Positions 22,465-30,633 of a DNA stretch of 30,633 nt are shown here, piece by piece (within the stretch, counting starts at the first letter, position 1; every line of letters starts with the position of its first letter). A program made the translations under genes and the position numbers. Origin of the DNA: Gammaproteobacteria bacterium (GTDB lineage Bacteria > Pseudomonadota > Gammaproteobacteria > Arenicellales > Spongiicolonaceae); the NCBI GenBank assembly GCA_007570945.1, contig RKSH01000193.1, positions 1-30,633 on the forward strand, read 5' to 3'. Below the pieces are notes generated by a model. The model worked only from the letters and a program-made list of their open reading frames with translations, ran no database searches and had not been told where the DNA came from.

Positions 22465-23793
22465 ATGAAACCGGTCAACATTGCCATTGCCGGCCTCGGC
22501 ACCGTGGGAGCGGGGACGGCGCGGGTGCTGGCGCGCAACCGCGGGGAGATTGCGCGGCGGGCCGGGCGGGAGATTGCGGTGACGCGCGCCTTGGTTCGCG
22601 ACCTCGGGCGGGCGCGAGATTGTGACACCAAAGGCGTCACCCTTGGCGACGATCCGCTGGCGCTGGCCGACGATCCGCGGGTTGACATCATCGTGGAACT
22701 CATGGGCGGCGAGAGTGTGGCGCGCGACTTAATCATGCGCGCCATCGCCAACGGCAAGCACGTGGTCACCGCCAACAAGGCGCTGATTGCCCGGCATGGC
22801 AACGAAATTTTTGCCGCGGCGCGCGCGGCCGGGGTGATGGTTGCGTTTGAGGCCGCGGTCGCCGGCGGCATTTCCATCATCAAAACCATCCGCGAGGGAC
22901 TGGCCGGCAACCGCGTGCTGCGCGTGGCCGGCATCATCAACGGCACCTGCAATTTCATCCTGAGCGGCATGGCCGAGCGCAATTGTTCCTTTGACGAGAT
23001 GCTGGCCGAGGCCGGGCAGCGCGGCTACGCCGAGGCCGACCCGTCGCTGGACATTGACGGCGTGGACGCCGCGCACAAGATCGTCATTTTGGCCGCCATC
23101 GCTTTCGGCATTCCGCTGCGCCACGACGCCGTCAACTGCGAGGGCATCCGCGGCATGAGCGCGCTGGACATGGAGCTGGCCGCCGACCTCGGCTTCACCA
23201 TCAAGCACCTCGGCATCGCCGCGCGCAGCGGCGACGGCATCACCATCCGCGCCCACCCGGCGCTGGTGCCCAGGCGCCACCTCATCGCCAACGTGGCCGG
23301 GGTGATGAACGCCATTCTGGTCAACGGCGATGCGGTGGGCGACACCGTGCACTACGGCGCCGGCGCCGGCGCCGAGCCCACCGCCTCCTCGGTGGTGGCC
23401 GACATCGTGGACGTGGTGCGCGCGCTGACCACCGACCCGGACAACCGCGTTCCGCACCTCGCCTTTCAGCCCGGCGCATTGGCCGACCTGCCGGTGGTGG
23501 CGCGCGAGGAGGTGGAAACCTGCTACTACCTGCGCCTCAGTGCCATGGACAAGCCGGGCGTGCTGGCCGATGTGACGCGCATTCTCGCCGAGCGCGCCAT
23601 CAGCATTGAGGCGGTGCTGCAAAAAGGCCGCGCCGGCGACGGTGAGGGTGACGGCGGCGGCGGCCGGGTGCCGGTGGTGCTCCTCACCCACCGGACGCGG
23701 GAGAAAAATGTGGACGATGCATTGCGCAGCATCGCCGCGCTGGATTCGGTGGACGATTCGCCGGTGCGCATGCGCGTGGAATATTTGGAATGA
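22465..23793 (+). CDS. hom: Homoserine dehydrogenase with C-terminal ACT domain
   Basis: GLGTVG, HVVTANKA, FEAAVAGGI, GIINGTCNFIL, GYAEADP, YYLRL..DKPGVLA. Confidence 0.97.
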   Translation: MKPVNIAIAGLGTVGAGTARVLARNRGEIARRAGREIAVTRALVRDLGRARDCDTKGVTLGDDPLALADDPRVDIIVELMGGESVARDLIMRAIANGKHVVTANKALIARHGNEIFAAARAAGVMVAFEAAVAGGISIIKTIREGLAGNRVLRVAGIINGTCNFILSGMAERNCSFDEMLAEAGQRGYAEADPSLDIDGVDAAHKIVILAAIAFGIPLRHDAVNCEGIRGMSALDMELAADLGFTIKHLGIAARSGDGITIRAHPALVPRRHLIANVAGVMNAILVNGDAVGDTVHYGAGAGAEPTASSVVADIVDVVRALTTDPDNRVPHLAFQPGALADLPVVAREEVETCYYLRLSAMDKPGVLADVTRILAERAISIEAVLQKGRAGDGEGDGGGGRVPVVLLTHRTREKNVDDALRSIAALDSVDDSPVRMRVEYLE

Positions 23794-24365
23794 GCGGCAA
23801 GCATTACATCACCGCCGAGGAGTTGCTGTGCGACTCTTTTGAGTTGGGCGCGCGGGTGATTGAAAGCGGCTTCCGCCCCGACTTCATTGTCGGCATCTGG
23901 CGCGGCGGAACGCCGGTGGGCATTGCGGTGCAGGAGACGCTGCACTATTTTGAACTCAGCACCGACCACATCGCCATCCGCACCTCATCCTACCGCGGCA
24001 TCGGCGAGCGCGACAGCACGGTGAAGGTGCACGGCATGGGCTACATTGTGCGCAATGTGAACGCCGAGGATGCGCTGCTGATCGTGGACGACGTTTATGA
24101 CACCGGCCTCAGCGTCGCCGCGGTGCTGGAACACCTGCGCTCGCAGGCGCGCAAAAACACGCCGCGCGACATCCGCATCGCCACGCCGTGGTTCAAGCCG
24201 GCCAGCAACCGCACCGGCCGTGAGCCCGACTACCACATTCACCGCACCGACAAGTGGCTGGTGTTTCCGCACGAGGTGCACGGCCTGAGCATCGCCGAAA
24301 TCCGCAAAAACAAACCGGGCATCGCGCCCATCATCCAACGTTTGGACCGGCGCGGCCGCGGCTGA
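23790..24365 (+). CDS. Type I phosphoribosyltransferase (purine PRTase-like)
   Basis: IVGIWRGG and PRPP loop LLIVDDVYDTG, W.VFPHE; ATGA overlap with hom. Confidence 0.88.
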   Translation: MSGKHYITAEELLCDSFELGARVIESGFRPDFIVGIWRGGTPVGIAVQETLHYFELSTDHIAIRTSSYRGIGERDSTVKVHGMGYIVRNVNAEDALLIVDDVYDTGLSVAAVLEHLRSQARKNTPRDIRIATPWFKPASNRTGREPDYHIHRTDKWLVFPHEVHGLSIAEIRKNKPGIAPIIQRLDRRGRG

Positions 24366-25805
24366 ATGCCCGCCGCCGGCGTCACCGTGGCCGACATCCA
24401 AGCCATCAAACGCATCTGCGGCGCCGGCGGCTGGGTGGACGGCGGCGGCGTTGACGCGGCCGCGTTCACCGTTGACCGGCGCGAAAAATTCCACGGCCGC
24501 GCCGCACTCATCGCCATGCCGGGCAGCGCCGCCGAGGTGGCGGAAGTACTACGCCACTGCAACGCGCGCGGCATCGGCGTGGTGCCGCAGGGCGGCAACA
24601 CCGGCATGGCGGGCGGCGCGACGCCGTCCGCCGGCGGCGGACAAATCATTTTGCACCTCGGGCGGATGAACCGCATCCGCGAGGTGGACCGCGCCAACTC
24701 CACCGTCAGCGCCGAGGCCGGTTGCGTGCTGGCCGCCGTGCAGGAGGCGGCGCGGCGCGAGGGGCTGTTGTTTCCGCTGGCCATGGGTTCGCAGGGCTCG
24801 TGCATGGTGGGCGGCGCGCTGTCCACCAACGCCGGCGGCGTGCGGGTGCTGCGCTACGGCAACGCGCGCGAGTTGACCCTGGGCCTGGAGGTGGCGCTGG
24901 CCGACGGCCGGGTGCTTGACGGCATGAACAAACTGCGCAAGAACAACAGCGGTTACGATTGGAAACAATGGTTCATCGGCGCCGAGGGAACTTTGGGCGT
25001 GGTGACGGCGGCGGTGCTGCGGCTTTTTCCGGACGAAAGCCATGCGCACACTTGCTGGCTGGCGTTGGGCGGGGCCGGGGATGCGGTGCGGTTGCTCGGC
25101 GAGTTCCGCGGCGCGTTGGGCGGCGCGCTGAGTTGTTTTGAGTTTATGGAGGGTGAGTGCGTGGCGCAAGTGTTGCGCGCGATTCCCGGCGTGCGCAATC
25201 CACTGGCAAAAAATTATCCGGCATATGTGCTGGCGCAGAGCGGGGCGCAATCGGCGGCGGCGGCCGGCGGTGAAATTTTGCCGGCGCTGCTGGCGCGGTT
25301 GCTGGATGAAAACAAAATTCTCGACGCCACCATTGCCGCCGGCGAGGCGCAGGCGGCGAACCTGTGGAAAATCCGCGAATCCATTCCCGAGGCGGAAAAA
25401 AAGCGCGGCGGTTATGTCAAGCATGATATTTCCCTGCCGCTGTCGACCCTGGCCAATTTTATGGCCGAGTCGCGGCGCTGGATTGCAAAGGATTTTCCCG
25501 GCGCCGTGACCGCCGCTTTCGGCCATGTCGGCGACGGCAACCTGCATTTTAATGTCCGCCTGCCGGATGGCGCGGATGCTGATTCCTTCACCGAAAAAGT
25601 TTACGCCGCAGTGCACGCCCACGGCGGCAGTTTCAGCGCCGAGCATGGAATAGGGCAGTTGCGGAAAAAAGAATTGCTCGCGTTCAAAAGCGCCGAGGAG
25701 ATCGCACTGATGCGGCAACTGAAAGAAACCTTGGACCCCGGCAACATCATGAACCCGGGCAAAGTTCTGGACTGGGCCGCCACTACCCGGCCAGCGGCAG
25801 GTTAA
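24366..25805 (+). CDS. FAD-binding oxidoreductase (D-2-hydroxyacid dehydrogenase, GlcD/D2HGDH family)
   Basis: PQGGNTG, STNAGG..VLRYGNAR, KNNSGYD, GAEGTLG, GHVGDGNLH, FSAEHGIG. Confidence 0.93.
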   Translation: MPAAGVTVADIQAIKRICGAGGWVDGGGVDAAAFTVDRREKFHGRAALIAMPGSAAEVAEVLRHCNARGIGVVPQGGNTGMAGGATPSAGGGQIILHLGRMNRIREVDRANSTVSAEAGCVLAAVQEAARREGLLFPLAMGSQGSCMVGGALSTNAGGVRVLRYGNARELTLGLEVALADGRVLDGMNKLRKNNSGYDWKQWFIGAEGTLGVVTAAVLRLFPDESHAHTCWLALGGAGDAVRLLGEFRGALGGALSCFEFMEGECVAQVLRAIPGVRNPLAKNYPAYVLAQSGAQSAAAAGGEILPALLARLLDENKILDATIAAGEAQAANLWKIRESIPEAEKKRGGYVKHDISLPLSTLANFMAESRRWIAKDFPGAVTAAFGHVGDGNLHFNVRLPDGADADSFTEKVYAAVHAHGGSFSAEHGIGQLRKKELLAFKSAEEIALMRQLKETLDPGNIMNPGKVLDWAATTRPAAG

Positions 25806-28008
25806 GGGTGAACACCGCGCCCGGCGCATCCTGGCGCTGGCTGGCCTGCAGATGGCCGCCGTGGTGTTCGGCAATCATCCGCGCCACGTACAAGCCCAGC
25901 CCGAGGTGCGACTTGCCGCCGCTTTTCTGGCTCAGTGAAACCATGGGATCGAATATTCTCTCGCGCAAATCCTCCGGCGGCGGCGCGCCGCTGTTGATGA
26001 TGCGCAGGATGACGCGGTTTTCCATGCGGCTGATGCGAAACAGCACCGGCGAGTCGCGGTCGCCGAACTCCACCGCATTGTCGGTGAGTTTGTCCAGCAT
26101 CTGCGCGAAGTGCTCGGCCGAGGCGGAAATCATCTGCGCCTCAATGGTGCGCTCGACGATAAAACGGTGGCCGGGATGCGCCACCTGGCAGCCCTCCACA
26201 TAACTGCTGACAAAGTCGCACAGGTTGAGCCGCTCCATCCTTTCACTGTGCATGGCCTCCTCCAGATTGGCGGCTTCGGTGAGGTTGGTGATGATGGAGC
26301 GCAGCCGCTTCAGGCCGTTCTGCGCGCGCTTGACATATTGCGCGTACTTTTCGTTGTTGCCGGGGATTTGCTCTTCAAGATTGTGCAGTGAAGAGTTCAC
26401 CACATTGAGCGGGTTGCTAATCTCATGCGCCAGCGTGTCGGGCATGGTTTCCAGATAGCGGGTGTACTGGTTCAGTTTGCCCAACATGGAGGAAATACCG
26501 CGCGACAGGTCGCCGATTTCGTCGGCGGCGCGGGCATCGGGTTGAATCTGCACCGCGCGCACCCGGCCTTCCGGGGTGATGGCCTGCTCCGAGGCGTTGC
26601 GCAGTTTGCGAATGCGCCGCGTCAGGCGGAAGGAAAAATAGGCCAGACTTAAAATCAGCAGGACAAAAACCGCGAAGGTGATGACGGTGATGTTCTGCAC
26701 CAGCTTGTTCTGCGGGCCGAGGGTCTGGCCGCTGGTCTGCTCCACCAGCACTGCGCCGAGCAGGCCGTCGGCGGACACGATGCGCGCGGCGGTGAGCAGC
26801 ACCTGGGTTTCGCTTTGCGGCGTCTGGCTGCGGTGCACCGGCACCGGCGACGCATCCGCCGGATCCGACAGTACGCGGCTGACAATGGTGTTCCATGCGG
26901 TGTCGTAGTCGCCTTGCCCGGAGGCGCGGCTGACTTCCAGCGCGCTCAGCGCCTTGCCCGACAGCCATGACACCGCCGAGGTCAGCCGCTCGGCGACGCG
27001 CGCGGCGATGCGGCCGGCGGCGGTGCCGGCCTGTGGTTTGGGCGGCGGCGGGGCGGCGATGCCGGCCGGGTTGCCGACCACGGCACGGATGCTGCGCTCG
27101 GTGTCAATAATCCAGATGCGCGCGCCGGGGCGGTCCAGGCCGCGCAGGATGTCGGAGATCTCCGGCGAGTCGCGGTAGATGCGGGTGAATGGCCGCGGCG
27201 CGTCGGGGAAGGTGGACAGCACGCGGCCCACCTGGCGCGCCTCCGGGTCGTCCACATCGGCGATGGAAAAGCCGACCCGGGTGTTGCGGTCCACCAGCGC
27301 GAGGGGCAGGCGGATTTCAATGTTGTAGCCGCCGCCCACCGGCGCCTGCACCGCGGCGATGTCCAGCGGCTCGCCGGTGAGCGGGTAGGTCCACTCGGCG
27401 TCCATCAGGTAGACGCTCATGCGCCCCGGGCGGCGGGCGGTGAACAGGTAGCGCCGGGTGGCGCCGCCGGCTTCCTGGGTGGTGAGCCGCAGGTGGTCGC
27501 TGTTGTTCAGCCGGCGCATTTCGGTGTCGCGGTGGACGGTGACGTCGTCGCGCACGTGAAAGAAAGCGTACACGAAGTTGTTGAAGTGGCTCAGCACGTT
27601 ATAGAACGACAGCGCCGAGATGTCGTCCCGGGCGTTGCACTGCCATGGGTGGACGCTGAAGAAGCGGGCGTCGTTGAACACCCGGCCCCAGTCGGCGGCG
27701 CTGCCGTCGATCTGCAGGGGGCCATCCAACTGGTGGGAGAAGAAATCGTTGGGCCGCGCCAGCAACGTGGGAATGCCGATGCCGGGGTCGAACAACTGCG
27801 GCCGGTTATGCAGCACCGTGGCCACCGCCTGGGCGGTGAGGCTCAGCGCCTGCTCCTGGCCGGCGAGGAGGAACTTCTGCGTCTCCAGAATGTACCGGTA
27901 GCCGACCCAGGGCAGCAGCAGAAAGGTCATGGTTATCAGCAGCAACTTGGTGCGGATGCTGAGGATGCCTTTGCGGCTGCGGCCGCTTTGCCGGTCGGTG
28001 CCTTTCAT
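25783..28008 (-). CDS. Membrane sensor histidine kinase, PdsS (marine sortase system)/ChvG-like
   Basis: Two TM segments, large periplasmic region, HAMP DEIGDLSR, H-box LAHEISNPL, N-box KLTDNAVEF, G2 HLGLGLY; directly downstream of the PdsR-like regulator. Confidence 0.88.
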   Translation of the reverse strand: MKGTDRQSGRSRKGILSIRTKLLLITMTFLLLPWVGYRYILETQKFLLAGQEQALSLTAQAVATVLHNRPQLFDPGIGIPTLLARPNDFFSHQLDGPLQIDGSAADWGRVFNDARFFSVHPWQCNARDDISALSFYNVLSHFNNFVYAFFHVRDDVTVHRDTEMRRLNNSDHLRLTTQEAGGATRRYLFTARRPGRMSVYLMDAEWTYPLTGEPLDIAAVQAPVGGGYNIEIRLPLALVDRNTRVGFSIADVDDPEARQVGRVLSTFPDAPRPFTRIYRDSPEISDILRGLDRPGARIWIIDTERSIRAVVGNPAGIAAPPPPKPQAGTAAGRIAARVAERLTSAVSWLSGKALSALEVSRASGQGDYDTAWNTIVSRVLSDPADASPVPVHRSQTPQSETQVLLTAARIVSADGLLGAVLVEQTSGQTLGPQNKLVQNITVITFAVFVLLILSLAYFSFRLTRRIRKLRNASEQAITPEGRVRAVQIQPDARAADEIGDLSRGISSMLGKLNQYTRYLETMPDTLAHEISNPLNVVNSSLHNLEEQIPGNNEKYAQYVKRAQNGLKRLRSIITNLTEAANLEEAMHSERMERLNLCDFVSSYVEGCQVAHPGHRFIVERTIEAQMISASAEHFAQMLDKLTDNAVEFGDRDSPVLFRISRMENRVILRIINSGAPPPEDLRERIFDPMVSLSQKSGGKSHLGLGLYVARMIAEHHGGHLQASQRQDAPGAVFTLNLPLAG

Positions 28009-28010
28009 TT

Positions 28011-28712
28011 TTATCCGTCCCCGGCGCGCCAGCGGTAGCCGATGCCGAACACCGTTTCAATCATGGCAAAGTCGGCGTCCACCTCGCGGAATTTTTTGCG
28101 CACCCGCCGCACGTAGCCGTTGATGGAGTTTTTTTCCACGTAACTCTGGCGCGTCACCTGCATCAGGCTGTCGTAGGTCTTGACCATGCCCGGCTTGCGC
28201 GCCAGCGACTCCACCAGCCAGAACTCGGTGAGGGTGAAGTTGAGCACGGCGCCGTCCCACGACGCCGCCATGCTGCCGGGGTCCATGCGCAACTTGCCGA
28301 GGGTGAGGGCGCTTTCGTCTTCGTTGCGCGACTGAATGCCTTCGGCAATGCGAAACAGCGAGTTAATGCGCACGGTGAGAAACGGCAGGCTGACCGGTTT
28401 GGTCAGGTAGTCCCAGGCGTCCAGCCGCAGGCCGGAAACGCGGTCCACATCGCTGTCGCGCGCGGTGAGAAAAATAATCGGCAGGCCCGGACTCATGGAG
28501 CGCAACTCACGGCACAAGTCAAAACCGCCGTCCATCTCGTCCTCCAGCATGATGTCCAAAATGGCCAGGTCGGGCAGTTGCCGGCGGAAGTGGGCGAGGG
28601 CGTCTTTGCGGTTGGCGAAAGTGCGGATGTCGTAGCCCTGCGATGACAGAGCATCGGCGTAGTTTTCGCGCTGGTCGGCGTCGTCCTCAATGATGGCGAT
28701 GGTGCGGCTCAT
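28011..28712 (-). CDS. pdsR: OmpR-family response regulator, PdsR/ChvI-like
   Basis: IAIIEDD..RENYADAL..QGY, LPDLAILD, DGGF.LCRELR, LPIIFLTARDSD.D.VSGLRL, winged helix IETVFGIGYRW. The symbol is from motif recall. Confidence 0.85.
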   Translation of the reverse strand: MSRTIAIIEDDADQRENYADALSSQGYDIRTFANRKDALAHFRRQLPDLAILDIMLEDEMDGGFDLCRELRSMSPGLPIIFLTARDSDVDRVSGLRLDAWDYLTKPVSLPFLTVRINSLFRIAEGIQSRNEDESALTLGKLRMDPGSMAASWDGAVLNFTLTEFWLVESLARKPGMVKTYDSLMQVTRQSYVEKNSINGYVRRVRKKFREVDADFAMIETVFGIGYRWRAGDG

Positions 28713-28822
28713 GGGTTTTTCGGCTTTTTGGCACGTGTTGTTTTTTTGACACAGCAGCCCGTGGGCGGAATTCCTTGTCTACATAACACGATTCGCCGTC
28801 CGGCCGGAGAATTCAGGGCAAA

Positions 28823-28861
28823 TGCCACTGCTTTGCCACATGTTAAGCCGCAAGTTGCCAC
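28823..28861. repeat. Four helically phased (T/A)GCC(A/G)C direct repeats; putative response-regulator site
   Basis: TGCCAC 28823, TGCCAC 28834, AGCCGC 28846, TGCCAC 28856 (spacing 11, 12, 10) in the divergent intergenic region upstream of pdsR. Confidence 0.55.
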
Positions 28862-28911
28862 CCGGCGGGGCTGTAATGGGCGCAAGACCAACCACATATG
28901 GCGGTGCGATT

Positions 28912-29172
28912 ATGAACAGCAAGCGGGTTTTTGTCCCTTTGACCGACGAGGTCCTTTACCGGCGCCCGGAATGGATTGCCGAAAGCGGCAAGTTGACGCC
29001 GTTCAACGCCGGCCTGCCGTGTTACCGCTGGCTGGCGGAGCAGGGCGGCCAAATGGCCGAGGCGGCCGAGGGCGCCGCCGCCACGCCGGCCGTGCGGCCG
29101 ATGCGCCGGCGGGGCGGGCTATTGCCGGCAAGAAGCCGCCGCCTGCCGTTTGTCCCGGCCTACGGAACATAA
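28912..29172 (+). CDS. Small hypothetical protein (86 aa)
   Basis: MNSKRVFVPLTDEVLYRRPEWI...TPFNAGLPCYRWL reads as a structured N-terminal module; followed by a strong terminator. Confidence 0.6.
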   Translation: MNSKRVFVPLTDEVLYRRPEWIAESGKLTPFNAGLPCYRWLAEQGGQMAEAAEGAAATPAVRPMRRRGGLLPARSRRLPFVPAYGT

Positions 29173-29192
29173 GCACCGCAAAACCTGGCATG

Positions 29193-29224
29193 AAAAACGC
29201 GCCGCAAAAAACGGCGCGTTTTTT
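29193..29224. terminator. Bidirectional intrinsic terminator
   Basis: 12-bp perfect stem AAAAACGCGCCG / CGGCGCGTTTTT with a 7-nt loop and A/T tails, between convergent genes. Confidence 0.85.
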
Positions 29225-29241
29225 ATATCCCGGCCTCACCC

Positions 29242-29925
29242 TCAGCGCAGAATATTTGCATCCGGCGGCTCGCGGTATTGGTCAAACTTAAACAGATTTT
29301 CCTGCAGCCGGCCATTGCCAATCATGGACAGTTTCTTGATGGAGAACCCCGGCATCATTCCCAGCAACTGCTGCGTGCCGTAGTCCGGCGACACCAACGT
29401 CTCATCGGTGAGGGGAATGTATTCCAACTGCTCGTTGCGCATGAACTCCATGCGCGACGGCGCCGCCGGCATCTCGCCGCGCAGGGTGGTGTAGAAATAC
29501 AGCAGGCTGTCCTCCTTGCAGCCCTTGCTGACCTGGTCGATTGTGCGAATGATGCGCCGATGGTCGAGAAAATTAAGAAAATCCCACAGCAGAACCAAGT
29601 CAAACTTGTGCTCCTGCGTCAATTCCACCAGCACCGGCGGCAGCGGCGGCTCCGCTTGCTCCTCGTCCTCGTCCGACTCCTCGCCCTCAGGCGGCGGCGG
29701 TGCGCCGAGCAACTCTTCAAAGCAGTCAAGCACATGAATCCGGCAGTTAAACTGGAACAGAAAGTCCGCCAGCGACTGCCACAGCGGCCCGGCGTTCAAG
29801 ACCAACAACCTGTCCTGGCGCGCCGCCAGCAAACTGTACATCGCCCCCAGCCCCGGCGAGTCCATCACCCCGGAGGAGGCGCCGGTTTCCCTTCGCAGGC
29901 GTTGCTGGGCCTGTTGCAGCGACAT
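29242..29925 (-). CDS. Class I SAM-methyltransferase-like hypothetical protein (bactofilin partner)
   Basis: LLVLNAGP motif-I-like strand and FDLVLLWDFLNFL; directly downstream of bactofilin. Confidence 0.6.
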   Translation of the reverse strand: MSLQQAQQRLRRETGASSGVMDSPGLGAMYSLLAARQDRLLVLNAGPLWQSLADFLFQFNCRIHVLDCFEELLGAPPPPEGEESDEDEEQAEPPLPPVLVELTQEHKFDLVLLWDFLNFLDHRRIIRTIDQVSKGCKEDSLLYFYTTLRGEMPAAPSRMEFMRNEQLEYIPLTDETLVSPDYGTQQLLGMMPGFSIKKLSMIGNGRLQENLFKFDQYREPPDANILR

Positions 29926-29954
29926 TGGCGGGGGGCGCGCTTGCTGTCCGGCGC

Positions 29955-30437
29955 TCAGGGATTTCCGGACCCGTCGCGGCGCGGCGGAATCTTGTCCTCG
30001 GGTTTGGCGGTGCCGCGGCCCTCACCATCGGTGTCGATGGAACCCTTGAATTTGCAGCCGTCCTCAATGACGATGCGCGGCGTCACAATGGAGCCGTAAA
30101 CGCGCGAGGTGTTTTTCAGGGTCACCAGTTCCGATGCCTTGAACTCGCCCTGGGCGTCACCCTCAATACGGATGGTGCGGGCGAAAGCCTTGGTGTTGGT
30201 GCGCCCCTTGGGGCCGATGATCACGTCGTTGTCCTTGATGGAGATGGAGCCCTCCACCTTGCCGTGAATGACCAGTTGCTCGCTGCCGTTAATGTCGCCC
30301 TTGATGTTGATGGTGGGGCCGATGGCGGCCCCGCCACTGACCGGCCGCGTTGCCGCGCCGGGAAAAGTGGACAACTTGCCGACCGGCGCGTCTTTCTCCG
30401 CCGTCGCGACCTCGGAATTTTCAGGTTTTTTCCACAT
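29955..30437 (-). CDS. Bactofilin (polymer-forming cytoskeletal protein, CcmA family)
   Basis: IGPTINIKGDI.GSEQLVIHGKVEGSI, VIIGPKG, GSIVTPRIVIEDGCKFKGSI; GAGGA RBS. Confidence 0.93.
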   Translation of the reverse strand: MWKKPENSEVATAEKDAPVGKLSTFPGAATRPVSGGAAIGPTINIKGDINGSEQLVIHGKVEGSISIKDNDVIIGPKGRTNTKAFARTIRIEGDAQGEFKASELVTLKNTSRVYGSIVTPRIVIEDGCKFKGSIDTDGEGRGTAKPEDKIPPRRDGSGNP

Positions 30438-30473
30438 CGGAAGTTCCTCGCTGGGTTGTGAATGGATGCGCCG

Positions 30474-30502
30474 AGTGTAAAACGCCGGTCGGGTGATTTC
30501 AA
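30474..30502 (-). promoter_or_regulatory. sigma70 promoter for bactofilin operon
   Basis: On the - strand: TTGAAA(30502-30497)-17 bp-TACACT(30479-30474). Confidence 0.65.
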
Positions 30503-30507
30503 GGGTG

Positions 30508-30633
30508 TGTACGGGTTCAATACATGTGAGACAGTCAGGCGGCCTCTTTGAGGCGTTGATGGGACGCCATGGGGGTGCGGGAGTTGTGTTTTTGCCGTCG
30601 TGTGGGCGGTGGTGGCAGTAGTGGTGTTGGTAG
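30508..30633 (-). mobile_element. IS481-family element right end and transposase C-terminus (cut by window edge)
   Basis: Terminus TGTACGGGTTCAATACATGTGAGACAG. The - strand reads YQHHYCHHRPHDG, then a 1-nt shift in an A-run, then KHNSRTPMASHQRLKEAA* (stop 30535-30537). Confidence 0.75.

Noticed and set aside
20861-25805. Short 3'-end overlaps of convergent genes (SDR/nfi 9 nt; FAD oxidoreductase/kinase 23 nt)
   Set aside because: Common in compact high-GC genomes; no evidence of antisense regulation.
28800-28911. c-di-GMP-I (GEMM) riboswitch suggested by GGCAAA and GCAA loops
   Set aside because: No convincing paired P1/P2 stems; the phased TGCCAC repeats explain the region better.

Overview
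High-GC proteobacterial chromosomal segment, gammaproteobacterial by gene content and order, mostly housekeeping: DUF924, smc-zipA-ligA, LysE, panC, glpD, DoxX, an Ldh_2 oxidoreductase, sohB, gamma-CA, quinone oxidoreductase, metK-ahcY, a nucleosidase-like/SplB-like radical SAM/SDR trio, nfi, dapB, hom, PRTase, FAD oxidoreductase, a PdsS/PdsR (ChvG/ChvI-like) two-component pair, and bactofilin with a methyltransferase-like partner. The most unusual element is ligA. It is split by an apparent ~95-codon internal deletion with frameshift, and its C-terminal half carries an inserted DnaQ/epsilon-like exonuclease domain with degenerate catalytic residues plus a duplicated HhH pair. Two ~80% identical IS481-type right ends bracket the window, each exactly 28 nt upstream of a -10 hexamer. 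Other oddities are a short-armed SMC, an internally deleted Ldh_2 gene, a headless low-GC HEPN gene and 11-bp-phased GCC repeats beside pdsR. No rRNA, tRNA or CRISPR array was seen. All family calls are from motif recognition by eye; no searches were run.
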